Shown: piece after piece, positions 12,858-26,695 of the stretch
How positions within the stretch are numbered: the stretch's first letter is position 1
Layout: each line of letters begins with the position of its first letter
Source: Octopus vulgaris
Lineage: Eukaryota
Length of the DNA: 64,000 nt
Assembly (NCBI GenBank): GCA_951406725.2
Contig: OX597815.1
Location: 160,518,001-160,582,000, forward strand
Direction of reading: 5' to 3'
Made by a program: the position numbers and the translations under genes
The notes under the pieces: model-generated
What the model was told of the DNA's origin: nothing
Seen by the model: the letters and a program-made list of their open reading frames with translations, nothing else
The model's database searches: none

Positions 12858-15800
12858 AAAAAAGATATACAACTAAGCTGAACTAAGCTGATTTCAGATA
12901 TTATGATGCAACTATGATGTTATCTATTTCAAACACAGTCATTGATCTTTAATTTAGCTTTTTTTTTGAAAACTAAATTTGCTAAACAGAACAAATTTGC
13001 TTGTTAAATTATAACAGCTGTATATTTTATTTTATTTTATTTTCTATTTTATTTCATCTTATTTTGTTTCATTTTGTTCTGTTTTAAATAATTATTTATT
13101 GCTGAAATATAACTGAGAAGTAAAAGAAGGATAAAAAAAGACAAGAACAAAAGGGAAATAATTTTTATTTGAAGATTAAAGACAAATTAAATTCTGATCA
13201 ACTAAGCAAACACGTTTTCATAAAATTCTAATTGAAGAAAATAGTAAATAGTAATATAATTTATTTATTATTAGTATTTTGTTACTATTTTCATAAATGA
13301 AAGTAAGAAATTGTCTGTTATATACTAAGTTGAAACTTCAAATTTTAGAAAAACTCCAAAATTTTGTGAATTTAAAAGTTTTTCATTTAGACCGAATGCA
13401 AAGTAATACCATATTGGTAGGGTACTAATAAATACTTTATTATTACTGTCTTCAGTTTTGGGCTGCAGGCCCAATAAGCCCTCCACTGTAGCTAGTTCAA
13501 AAGTCCACACAGAGTACAGCTTTTAAGCTAGTAGGCAAATAAATGGCATGTGTGTGTGAGTGTGTGCATGTGTGTATGTGCATGTGCATGTGTGTGTGCA
13601 TGTGTGCATGTAAGTGTGTATGAGAGTGTGCGTGTGTGTGTACATATATGTATGTGTGTGTGCAGCTGTGTGTCACAACCATGCAGAATCACAGTTTTCA
13701 CATAAGCACCATAAACTATGTGTGTGTGCATATGTGAGTGTGTGTGCATATGTGTGTGTGCATATGTCTGTATGTGTGTGTGCAGTGATAGAAGCTCCTT
13801 GAACATTTTCCAACTTGTTTTTATCCTATCTACAATATTTTCAAGGCAAACCACCTTCCCAGCTAATTATTTCTCCTAAATAACAAAAGCCAACCTTTAC
13901 TTCTTTCTTGCCTACTAAAACTTTTGCTATATACATTCATACATATACAGATAATTACATATAAACACACACATGTATACAGACTATATAACACTAAATA
14001 TGTATGTATGTATGTATGAATCTATCTGTCTGTCTGTCTGTCTGTCTATCTATCAATTTGACACTGGTATCTTTATAGGCGCATGGCATTTGAGCTTGAG
14101 GTGATATACTGGTTTAATGAGCCACATGGTTCTGGATTCAGTCCCAGCTTGGCATGACGCATTGAGCAAGTGTCTTCTACTATAGTATCCAGCTGACCAA
14201 AGCCTTTCGTGTGGATTTAGTAGATAGAAACTGAAAGAAGCCTGTTGTATATATATGTATATACATTTATGTGTGTCTGCCTTTGTGTCTGTGTTTGTTA
14301 CCCGATGTTGGTGTGTTTACATCCTCATAATTTAGCAGGGGCCAGACATAATATGCATGTATATATAAGCATATAGGCATAATACATACGCATACATCAT
14401 TAACAATAATGGCACCTCTATATGATTGCTAGAAATAACGGTAGAATCTCTCTAACCCTTTTGTTACTAATCCGGCTGAAACCGGTTCTGGCTCTGAGTA
14501 CAAATGTCTTGTTATCAAAAGTTTTGAATTAAAATCTTCCACCAAACCTTAGTCACAATTTACGTTCCTAAAACTAGCTGAATAAGAACTAAGTTATTTT
14601 ACTAAATTTTTTCTTATGTTTAAAGTAATTGAAATAAATACAGTAACGAAAGGGTTAAAACCACTGCTGTCTAAGAATATCATAAAAAGAAGAGAAGGAT
14701 ATTTTAGATGATATATAAGGTACATGCAACAACAACAATCCCCTTGTAGTACTTATGTGCATCACCAATGTCCTTATTATCATCATTATCACTGAGATAG
14801 TCATCAGGCGTAGGAGTGGCTATGTGGTAAGTAGCTTGCTTACCAAACACATGGTTCCAGGTTCAGTCTCACTGTGTGGCACCTTGGGCAAGTGTCTTCT
14901 ACTATAGCCTCGGGCTGACCAAAGCCTTGTGAGTGGATTTGGTAGACAGAAACTGAAAGAATCCCCTCGTATATATGTATATATATGTATGTGTGTGTAT
15001 ATGTTTGTGTCTGTGTTTGTCCCCCCAACATCGCTTGACAACCGATATTGGTATGTTTATGTCCCTGTAACTTAGCGGTTCGGCTAAAGAGACTGATAGA
15101 ATAAGTACTAGGCTTATAAAGAATAAGTCCTAGGGTCGATTTGCTTGACTAAAGGCGGTGCTCCTGCATGGCTGCAGTCAAATGACTGATACAAGTAAAA
15201 GAATAAAAGAAGAATAAGAATTTCTAACATTGTCTTCATCATCATTGTCATCATCCTTTATTTTTATAAGCATTTTTGTCACCATAAATTTCCATACTTC
15301 TTATTTGCTTTATCATCAACTACATGGATCTACATTCAGTCCCACTGTGTGACACCTAAGATAAGTATCTTCTACTATAACCTCGGGCTAACCAAACCCT
15401 TATGAGTGGATTCGGTAGACAGAAAATGAAAGAAACATGTCATATATCATCATCATCATCGCCTTCAGTTTACATCTGTTTTCCATGCTGGCATGGGTTG
15501 GATGGTTTGACTGGAATTAGTAAGGCTAGGAGCCACACCAGGTTCCATAGTCTGCTCTTCCTAATGCCAAACGCTCTACAGAACATACTGGGTGCCTTTA
15601 ACATGGTACATGTGTGTGTGTGTGTTGTTTGTCTCCCACCACTGCTTGACAACCGGTGTTGGTGTGTTTATATCCCTGAAATTTAGTGGTTCAGCAAAAG
15701 AGACCTATAAGAGACCTATAGAATAAGTACCAGGCCTTTAAAAAAATGAATGTACTGGGGTCAATTTATTTGGCTAAAGAATCTTTTTCAGGGCATTGCC

Positions 15801-16379
15801 GTAGCATGGCCACAGTCTAATGACCGAAACATGTAAGAGATAGAAGATTTTCATTGTCATCATCTTCACCACCACCACTACCACTACAACCACCACCATC
15901 ATCATCACTACCATCACCACCACTACCATCATCATCATCATCACCTTGATCTTTGCCACTGTCACTACTGACACATTCTCATTTCTTTATTGCCCACAAG
16001 GGATGAAACATAGAGGGGACAAACAAGGACAGACAAATGGATAAAGTTGATTACATCGACCCCAGTGCATAACTGGTACTTAATTTATCGACCCCGAAAG
16101 AATGAATGGCAAAGTTGACCTTGGCGGAATTTGAACTCAGAACATAACGGCAGATGAAATACTGTTAAGCATGTCGCTTGGCGTGCCAACACTTCTGCCA
16201 GCTCACCGACACATTCTCATGGACATTACCATTATCATCATTATCATTGTTATTATCACCATTCTCATCAAGCTCATTATTATCTTTATGGTCATCATAA
16301 TCATTCTCATCATCATAATTTTCAACTGCTTCATAATTGTCAGCACTATAATTTCTGATGCCGTTACACTTTTTTTACT

Positions 16380-16565
16380 AACATCATCATTATCATCATC
16401 ATCATCATCATCGTTGTGGTCATTGTCGTCATCATCAGCAGCAGCTTCGATGCTATTAACAGCATATTTAGCTTCATCATGACCAGTTTCATCATCATCA
16501 TCATCATCATTATCATCTCGTTGCCATAATCATCATCATCATAAACATTGTCATTGTCATCATCG

Positions 16566-16625
<60 letters not shown>

Positions 16626-17023
16626 GGAACAACATCAATGCAAATAAGACGTAAAATACTAATCAATACCCAGAATGAAAGTTTTGCTGAATATTGTCTG
16701 GTCTTTTGTAAGTGTGTTATTTAAAGAAAAAAAAATAAAGAAGTATAACTTTAGAATTCCTTTCAGCTACAAATCTTTTAAACTTTTACATTTTAATCTA
16801 CAAATCTTAAAGACACATAGTATAAAAAAAAAAAAAAAAACAGAGCCTTATATTCCTTTATATAAATTGTTGAATCTAAGAGAAGTATTGAATAGTCAAC
16901 AGATAAGATTTGGCTAGTCTTTATCGTTAATAAAATAAAAGTGCATCAACAAGAAAAACTATAAAAAAAAGACGTATCATCAAAATATATACATACATAC
17001 ATATGCACATACATACACATAAG

Positions 17024-17066
<43 letters not shown>

Positions 17067-17067
17067 A

Positions 17068-17098
<31 letters not shown>

Positions 17099-17316
17099 GT
17101 ATGTATACTGTTATATATATATGTATGTATAAACATATATATATATATATACATATATATATGTATATATAATATATATATCTGTGTATATAAATATATA
17201 TATATGAGAGATTCAGTGATTAGTAAGTAGATAGAATGATAGATAGATAAATAGATAGAGAGATAGATAGAAAGATAGATAGATAGATAGATAGATAAAT
17301 AGATAGAGAGATAGAT

Positions 17317-17390
<74 letters not shown>
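16380..17390. repeat. Microsatellite cluster (CAT)n, (TG)n/(TA)n, (TAGA)n/(GA)n
   Basis: Direct inspection. Confidence 0.95.
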
Positions 17391-17391
<1 letters not shown>

Positions 17392-17643
17392 TGTCTATAT
17401 ATACCTATATATATTTGCGTGAAGGCGTAAGCATAAAAATCTTTGTCCTTGAACAAAGAAAACAAGAGGCAAAGTTATCTTCAAAGACATTTCTTCAGTG
17501 AATGCATTGAATAGAAAGAAGTTCTCTTCTCAAGACATTGGCAATGACCATAATTCCCACGTAAATCGCTCATCTTCAGCTATCAACATTTGAAAGAAAT
17601 TTATCTAGGAAAAATCTTATTCTAAAAATTCAAAACACTTACA

Positions 17644-17714
17644 TATGTTCATATTCCTTCTTCCTTGTTTTCCTCCTACTTCTATTTCTCTATACAGTAT
17701 GTGTGTTAACAAAC

Positions 17715-17789
<75 letters not shown>

Positions 17790-17864
17790 CACATACATAT
17801 ATATATACACACACACACATATATATATATACATATATATATATACACACACACAGACACACAC

Positions 17865-17926
<62 letters not shown>

Positions 17927-17966
17927 AAATATATATGTGCATATATATATATATATGATGTATGTA

Positions 17967-18007
<41 letters not shown>

Positions 18008-18379
18008 ACGGAGATGTACTTGCATAGCAAGTGATATGTTCATATTCCTTCTTCCTTGTTTTCCTCCTACTTCAATCTCTCTATACAGTATGTGTGTAAA
18101 CAAACAGATATATATATATATATACACACATACATATATATATATACACACACACACACATACACACACACATATATATATATATATATATTTATACATA
18201 TATATACACACACACATATATATATACACACACATATATATATATATATATATACATATATATATGTATATATATATATATATGTGTGTGTGTAAATATA
18301 TATATGTATGATGTATGTATGTATATATTATATATATATGTATGTATGTACATATGTATATATATATATATATATAGGC

Positions 18380-18415
<36 letters not shown>

Positions 18416-18441
18416 CGGAGATGTACTTGCATAGCAAGTGA
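17644..18441 (+). repeat. Tandem duplication of ~390-410 bp
   Basis: Both units begin tatgttcatattccttcttccttg and end ttacggagatgtacttgcatagcaagtga, with variable TA/CA tracts between. Confidence 0.88.
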
Positions 18442-18473
18442 TTTGATCTGAGATCGTGTACTGAAATGAAAAT

Positions 18474-18746
18474 AATTGTAGCGTGGAAGGTGTTTGTAAG
18501 CCATTTAAGAAACACACAAAAGCCGTTCGATTCACTTCAACATTTAAGTTTAATTTGTCAAAATATTTTCGTCGCTTTAAGACCGCGACCTGTTCACTGA
18601 GATGCAGCACGGATTTTTGTCAGTGAACAGGTCGTGGTCTTAAAGTGACGAAAATATTTTGACAAATTAAAGTTATATGTTGAAGTGAATCAAACGGCTT
18701 TTGTGTGTTTCTTAAATGGCTTACAAACACCTTCCACGCTGCAATT
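18474..18746. repeat. Long inverted repeat (~127-bp arms, ~19-bp spacer)
   Basis: aattgtagcgtggaagg...tgttcactga / tcagtgaacaggtc...ccttccacgctgcaatt, with few mismatches. Confidence 0.93.
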
Positions 18747-18799
18747 GTTATATATATATATACACTCACACAAATATAAATACATTCATTTGAGGCAAC

Positions 18800-19030
18800 A
18801 GCAAGATCATTCCACCTTCTAACAGTGAAAGCGTCCTTGACAGCTTATTCCATTGTTAACCCTCTACTTTTAAGATCTTTTGTTATTGTTCTCCGCCACA
18901 TTTCATTTGGTCCACCATGTCTTCTTTTACCTTGTGGAACCCATTGCAAAGCGATCCTGACTGTTGAGTTCAGTTTATAACAACAAACTCCATCCAGCCA
19001 TTTCCATCTCCTTGCTTGAATAGGTTCTCT
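18800..19030 (-). mobile_element. RTE LINE 3' fragment
   Basis: RRWKWL...RIALQWVPQGKRRHGGPNEMWRRTITKDLK resembles the RTE C-terminus. Confidence 0.7.
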
Positions 19031-19178
19031 TATTGGTTTCATGTTAGCCTTGGTGGGTAATTGGCTATTGAAGATCATGTCTATATATATATTTTTTATT
19101 TTCTTTATTTTAACTAGTTTCAGCTCATGAGCTGTGGCCATGCTGGGACACCACCATATATATATATATATATATATA

Positions 19179-20599
19179 TCATCATCATCATCATTTAGCG
19201 TCCGTTTTCCATGCTAGCATGGGTTGGACGGTTCTACTGGGGTCTGTGAAGCCAGAAGGCTTCATCAGGCCCAGTCAAATCTGGCAGTGTTTCTACGGCT
19301 GGATGCCCTTCCTAACGCCAACCACTCCGTGAGTGTAGTGGGTGCTTTTTACGTGCCACCCGCACTGGTGCCAGACAGAGCTGGCAAACGGCCACGAACG
19401 GATGGTGCTTTTTATGTGCCACCGGCACGAGGGCCAGGCGAGGCTGGCAACGGACACGAAACGGGGCGGTGCTGGCAACGGTCGCGAAACGGAAAGTTCT
19501 CTTACATGCCACCGGCACTGGTAACACATCTGCAATTTCCATTAATCGATTTCCATTGATCGATTTCGATTCTGATCCTCACTTGCCTCAATGGGTCTTC
19601 ACAAGCAGAGTTTCGACATGCCACCGGCACTGGTAGCACATCCGCAATTTCCATTGATCGATTTCGATTCTGATCCTCACTTGCCTCAACACGTCTTCAC
19701 AAGTAGAGTTTTGTGTCCCAAGAAGGGAAGGTATGCATACGTAGGCTGGCACCATCCCATGTAGAAGGCCACGGGTTGTGGACTCACTTGTCCTGCCGGG
19801 TCTTCTCGCGCACAGCACACTTCCAGAGGTCTCAGTCTCTAGTCATTTCCTCAGTGAGACCTAAAGTTCGAAGGTCGTGCTTCACCACCTCGTCCCAGGT
19901 TTTCCTGGGTCTGCCTCTTCCACAGGTTCCCTCAACCGCTAGGGTGTGGTACTTTTTCACACAACTATCTTCATCCATTCTCGCCACATGACCATACCAG
20001 CGCAAACGTCTCTCTTGCACACCACAACTGATGCTTCTTAGGTCCAGCTTTTCTCTCAAGGTACTTACACTCTGCCGAGTGTGAGTACCGGCATTACACA
20101 TCCATCGGAGCATACTGGCTTCATTTCTAGCGAGCTTACGCATATCCTCAGCAGTCACAGCCCATGTTTCACTGCCATGTAGCATGGCTGTTCGTACACA
20201 CGCATCATACAGTCTGCCTTTCACTCTGTGCGAGAGGCCTTTTGTCACCAGCAGAGGTAAGAGCTCTCTGAACTTTGCCCAAGCTATTCTTACTCTAGCA
20301 GTTACACTTTCAGCACACCCGCCCCCGCTGCTGACTTGGTCACCTAGGTAATGGAAACTATCAACTATTTCTAGTTTTTCTCCCTGGAAAGTGACGGAAG
20401 TTGGTCTCAGAGCATTTTCAGTGTTTATTGTTCCTGAGCATCTGCCACATACAAAAACCATCTTCCTAGTTAGCCTTCCTTTGACATTGCTGCATCTCTT
20501 ATGTGTCCATAGCTTACACTTGGTGCATCTTATAGAGTTTCTACCTACACCTTTTCTACAAATCGAGCAGGGCCATCTACCTGAAGGTGTTTGTGATTT
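19179..20599 (-). mobile_element. 5'-truncated RTE-clade LINE (RT C-terminal region, 3' UTR, (GAT)n tail)
   Basis: Translation includes FHYLGD...RVRIAWAKFRELLP...MLHGSETW...RRLRWYGHVARM...GRGRPRKTW. The 3' UTR has GTGCCGGTGGCAC repeats and ends in (GAT)n. The element is flanked by (TA)n. Confidence 0.92.
19784..20598 (-). pseudogene. RTE ORF C-terminal fragment with PHD-type (C4HC3) finger
   Basis: WPCSICRKGVGRNSIRCTKCKLWTHKRC...FVCGRC is in frame with the 209-aa ORF. The premature TGA at 19832 is probably a decayed CGA. Confidence 0.85.
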
Positions 20600-23107
20600 A
20601 TATATATATATATATAAATTAAATTAGAGATAAAACCACTATTAGGCAAATGAAACAGTGAAAAACATAAACCAAAACATAAAAATAAAAATAATTAATA
20701 TAATATACAAAATATATAGAATTTAAAAATTGAAATTATTTAAATTTAAAAAGTTTATTCTTTTATTCTTTTTATATGTTTCTGCCCTGAGGCTGTGGAC
20801 ATGCAGGGGCATATAAATGAATATATTTTAATACATTTACAGACATGCATACTCATACACATACACGGACACACAAATATATATAAAATTCTTTTTTGAA
20901 ATTGGATCTCGAATCATATAAATCTACAAATAATAACATTTAAATATTGAGTCGAAAACACCTTTTGGACAGAAAAAGTCGAAGGTTGCCTGTGGGACAC
21001 AAAAACACATGTTCTGTAGACTTGATATCAAAAGGTCAAGAAGACCCTTAGTCTTGTCTTATTTGAGAGATATGACTACCTCTTTAGCATTGTGGTTAGA
21101 GAATTGGGCTCACAGTCATGAGATAGTGAATTTGATTTATGGACTGGGCTGTGTGTTGAGTTTTTGTGCAAGACACTTTATTTCACGTTGCTCCAGTTCA
21201 ATCAGCTGTAGAAATGAGTTGTGATGTCACTGGTCCCAAGCTGTATTGGCCTTTGCCTTTCCCTTGGATAACATCAGTGGTATGGAGAGAGGAGGGTGGT
21301 ATGCATTATTGATGGCTGGTCTACCATAAACAACTTTGCCTGGACTTGTGCCTTAGAAAGGAATTTTCTAGGTAGAGTCCCATGGTCATTCATGACAGAA
21401 GGGGGTCTTTACCTTTAAACTCTAGTGTGGTGGGTGGGTGTGCAGAAGAAGAAAAGAAGAAAACAGTAGAATGGAGGAGGATCTTTAGTTTTGTCAAGGA
21501 CATGACAACTCCTTTAGTGTTGGTGCCACAAAATATGCACCAAGCATTATCTGTAAAGGGGTTTGTATCAGGAAGGGTATCCAGGCCTTGAGATCATTCT
21601 GAGACATACTCCACTGGTTAAGTCTACGAGGTTAGTAACTCAAGGAAGAATTGACTCCAGCTTTGATGAGCCATCCAACTCTTCCTAGCATAGGAAGCTG
21701 ATAGGAGGAGGGTGACAACAGTGATGACAATAATAGAAAAGATTACAATGAAAATGATAACGATGATGAGGACAAAACGAGGATGAGGATGACAACAATG
21801 ATAATGATGACATCAACGACAACGATGTTGACAACTACATTAGATAGATAGATACATACATACATACATACATAAATAAATACATGCAATAGATAGATAG
21901 ATAGATAAACAAATAGATCATGTCGGTGGCACATAAAAAGCACCTTTCAAGTGTGGTTGATGCCAGTACCGCCTGACTGGACCTCATGTTGGTGACACGT
22001 AAAAAGCACCCACTACACACTTGGGGTGGTTGGCATTAGGAAGGGCATCCAGCTGTAGAAACTTTGCCAGATTGGATTTGAGCTTGGTGCAGCCTTCTGG
22101 CTTGCCAGCTCTCAGTCAAATCGTCCAACCCATGCTAGCATGGAAAGCGGACGTTAAACGACGATGATGATGATGAGATAGACAGACATTCAGACAGACA
22201 CATACTCACACACACATGCACACACATAATCTGAGGTACTTGGAGCAGATAAGCCTTGAAATAATACCCCAAAAATATTTCTAAAAATGATGCAATTCAG
22301 AAGCAAGTGAATCTATAGTGTGACAAAGTACTGAGAGACATAAACAATATCCTTAGTTATTAATAAGCATATATCAGAAGGCGCATGACTCAGTGGTTAG
22401 AGCGTTGAGCTTACAATCGTGAGGTTGTCAGCTCGAATCTCGAACCGGGCTGTGTGTTGTGCTCTTGAGCAAGACACTTTATTTCACATTGCTCCAGTTC
22501 ACACAGCTGTAGAAATGAGTTGCTGTATCAGCCTTTGCTTTCCCTTGGGTAATACTGAGGGGAGGCCAGTATGCATGGGCGACTGCTGGTCTTCCATAAA
22601 CAACCTTGCCCAGACTTGTACCTGGGAGGGTAACTTTCAACGTGCAATCCCATGGTCTGTGTCATGACCGAAGGGGGTCTCAGATATTAGAATCAAGCAC
22701 AGCATAATTTACTGACATTCTTAAAACCAAATACTGCAAAATCAGTTTTGAGATACTTTGTTGCACTTACAGCTTTAGCTCTGGGATATATATTTTATTA
22801 TATAACATTTTCTTAGAAAAACGGATAAATTAAGTACTAAAGTACTGAAGTAAATATCAAAAAACAAAAAAAAAACTTCAGCATGACCACAGTTCATTGA
22901 CTGGAACAAATGAAATAAGACAAAAGAACATCACATTTTTAACAAAGGATTTGAATAATGCACTCTATTTTCAATACATTGATCTAACAAATGGTTATAT
23001 TTTTACTGAAAGGCAATTCTAGTGTTTGAAGTAGTAATTCCCATGCTTAAGTACCAGACTATCAGAGAAAATTAAAATATGTATGATGATGATGATGTTG
23101 ATATATA

Positions 23108-23491
23108 TCTCTCTCTATATAAACGGCAGTTTGTCTGTGCGTGCTTCTGTGTGTCTGTTTGCTTGTACCCTCACCCTGACCACGGCTTTCAACCGATTCT
23201 GATGAAACTTGACACACACATAGCCCAATGTCATAATTCAAAACTAACGCAGCGAAAATTTTGAAAAGTTCCCCCAGTTCTGAAAAAATCGATAAATTCG
23301 ACATGGGGTCGAGAATGAGAAACCCAAACCACAGACCGTCTAGGGGACGCAACTCCACCTGTTTTAACTCTCAAAAAAAATTTACCATCATTTTTTTCCC
23401 ATTTTTTTGCTATTTTTTGGCTATAACTCTCTAAAAATGCTTTATAGTTATTTCCCTTACAAACCCGAGCTACGCCGGGCGATACTGCTAG
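23108..23491 (+). mobile_element. Non-autonomous Helitron
   Basis: A|TC start, subterminal hairpin cccgagctacgccggg, CTAG|T end. A near-identical copy is at 42554-42938. Confidence 0.82.
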
Positions 23492-23513
23492 TATATATAT
23501 ATGTGTGTGTGTG

Positions 23514-23583
<70 letters not shown>

Positions 23584-23660
23584 CACACAGAGAGGCACAC
23601 ATATATTTGTGGTGTCTATGTTATGTATGTATGTATATGTATGTCAACATATCTCTCTCT

Positions 23661-23700
<40 letters not shown>

Positions 23701-23707
23701 ATATATA

Positions 23708-23775
23708 CAGGGTTGTGCAAAAATTGTATAATTGTATATAATATACAACTGCTAGCCTATTTTTGCACCATCTTG
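23708..23775. mobile_element. Tiny Tc1/mariner-like MITE (68 bp)
   Basis: TA-cagggttgtgcaaaaat ... atttttgcaccatcttg-TA forms imperfect TIRs. Confidence 0.55.
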
Positions 23776-23785
23776 TATGTGTGTG

Positions 23786-23847
<62 letters not shown>

Positions 23848-24122
23848 CATATGGCAATACACTGTGTTTGGGAAGAGCTGTCAAGCCAAGTGACATCATA
23901 GTTGTGGCCAATGCTGGTTTTTCATAATTTGCACCCATGCCAGTAGCTCATGAGAAGCACCTACTACACTCTTGGAATGGTTGGCGTTAGGAAGGGCATC
24001 CAGCTGTAGAAATCAAACTAAATCTGACTGAAATCTGGTGCAGCTCTCCAGTTTACTAGTTTTCAGTCAAACTGTCCCATCCCTGCAAACATGGAAAACG
24101 GACATTAAATGATGATGATGAT

Positions 24123-24217
<95 letters not shown>

Positions 24218-25091
24218 GATAAATGGATAGATAATAGAAGGTGAGTGAAGTAGTTCACATTAGACTGGAGTCTGGTACAGTTCCCCTGCCTGTCTCCGAC
24301 TTGCCAGCTCTGGTCACACCATCCAACCCATCCCAGCAAGGACAATGGATATTAGATGATGATGATGATATATATATATATATATATATATATGCATGTA
24401 TGCATGTATGTATGTATGTATGTATGTATGTATGTATATATATATATACTGCCAGATTTGACTGGGCCTGATGAAGCCTTCTGGCTTCACAGACCCCAGT
24501 AGAACCGTCCAACCCATGCTAGCATGGAAAACGGACGCTAAACGATGATGATGATGATGATGATATATATATATATATATAACATACTTACACATATGTA
24601 CACATACACACATGTACACAAGCACATCCACTCACACAGACATGTACATACACATGCATATATGGCATAGCATATTCCAGATTGCTCCTTATAAAAATAG
24701 AATGAGGACATTCTTTGCAAAAATTACCAGTATATTACTTTTTTATCATATAATTTATAATCATATCCACATATATCTTTTCATGGACAACAGAAAAAAA
24801 TATATATATACATATATAACTCTACAGAAATAAAAAATGATAAAAGTTTGGAACTTAATCTATGAATTTTACTAAGAATATTTTTTTTTTAATGAGATCA
24901 TAAAAAATAATGACTTTTTGCAAACTATTTACAGTGTTATATTATTCATTTATTTATCACATTTTCTATATTCTATATACTATGCTATCAATAATGAATT
25001 TTAGTTTGGAAACTAAAAAAAGATATATTTTTCCTCAGTTACCAATATCCGACTTTAAATGGAAAATATATAACTTTAACTGCGCAGCAAA

Positions 25092-25155
<64 letters not shown>

Positions 25156-25181
25156 GAATAAATGAATAAATGATGATGATG

Positions 25182-25233
<52 letters not shown>

Positions 25234-25362
25234 TGATAATAATGATAACAACAGCAACAACAGTAATAATAGTAATAATAATAATAATAATGATAATAAT
25301 AATAATAATAATAATAATTACAATAATAGTAATAATAATAATAATAATGATAACAATAATAA
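25092..25362. repeat. (AAT)n microsatellite
   Basis: Direct inspection. Confidence 0.97.
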
Positions 25363-26527
25363 ATTGATAAATAAAGAACAAAATAAATAGATAAGTAAAA
25401 TAATAATAACATTTATTAGATAAGTTGACATTGAAATTACATCTTGCCGAAGCTTTTCTTTGGTTGTAAATGTTAATTATATCTTCTGTACTTTTAGCAT
25501 TGAGCTATGAGCTCCATAATAAACCAGACATAAGAATTTGGTAAAATAGAAAAACAAAATTCCAAACGTATGAGAGTTCCCAATATATTGAAGTTAAAAT
25601 TTGTTTCTCCTAACACCACAACTACAAGCCCCTTCCACCAATATCATTTTCCTCTTCTGCCTCCTCGTAGTCGTCATGATCATCATTGTCATCACCATGA
25701 TCATCATTTCTAACAACACTAATCATTCAATAAATAAACTCATCAATCAATATTTATTCTTCACTATCAAATTTCCCCCTCACACACACACACATGCATA
25801 CATACACACATACACACACTTCCAATAATGATTTGATGTGATTTCACTAAAACATTTATAAAAATAAATTTATCTACATCTAATGTAAATTTCATTTAAA
25901 GCTCTTAATAAAATTCCTTTTTTTTCCATGCTACAGTGGGTTGTATAGTTGTGAAAATTTCAAATATTTGCAAGAATTATTAGAACAGCTTTCATAGCTG
26001 TATGTTTTGCCCAGCTTCATCTACACATAATCATGAGACAGTTTTAATATGTTTTCTGCAGAGGAAGTCACCTGTTATATTTTAATATGCTTTTACTATA
26101 GTGATGGACTTCTGTCAGTCAAAAGTGAATGTTCACATGTTTGATCAACAGAGTTACCTGCATGAAAAAAACAAAAGACGAAGACAAGTGGTGTAGAAAA
26201 CAAACAGATGTATTAGTATAACGCTTGGGAATTGAAAAAGTCTTTTATATATACATACATATATGTGTGTGTGAGTGGAAACAGGATGCTGGCAAAAAGC
26301 TTAGTGGCTTTTTGTCCGTCCTTATGTTCTGCATTCAAATTCTGTCATGGTCAGCTTTACTTTTCACCCTTTCAGGGTCGATAAAATAAGTACCAGTTAA
26401 GTACTGGAGTCAATGTGATCAACTAACCCACCTCACTCAAAATTTCAGGCCTTGTGCCTATAATAGAAAGGATATATGTGTTTCCATTTCTGTTTACCAA
26501 ATGTACTCACAAGACTTTGGTCAACCC

Positions 26528-26695
26528 CAGGGCTGGCTCAAGGTACCAGCAATTCAGGCAGTTGCCCGGGGTGCACCATGTGCTAGGGCATGCTAAGGAG
26601 GGTGTGACAAAGACAAGGAAATTTCCACGACCATCAGCTTGTGTATGCTACAGTTCAGCTTGTCCAAGGCACCAGCATCCCTAGGCCTGGCCTTG
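26528..26695. mobile_element. hAT-type MITE inserted in a SINE
   Basis: Ends are cagggctggc...cctggccttg, with an 8-bp TSD gtcaaccc/atcaaccc. Confidence 0.7.

Noticed and set aside
17617-18515. Long YI/HT/CV-rich ORFs (also 23407-23901, 25035-25412, 49288-49943 and similar)
   Set aside because: These are translations of stop-free (TA)n, (CA)n and (AAT)n microsatellites.
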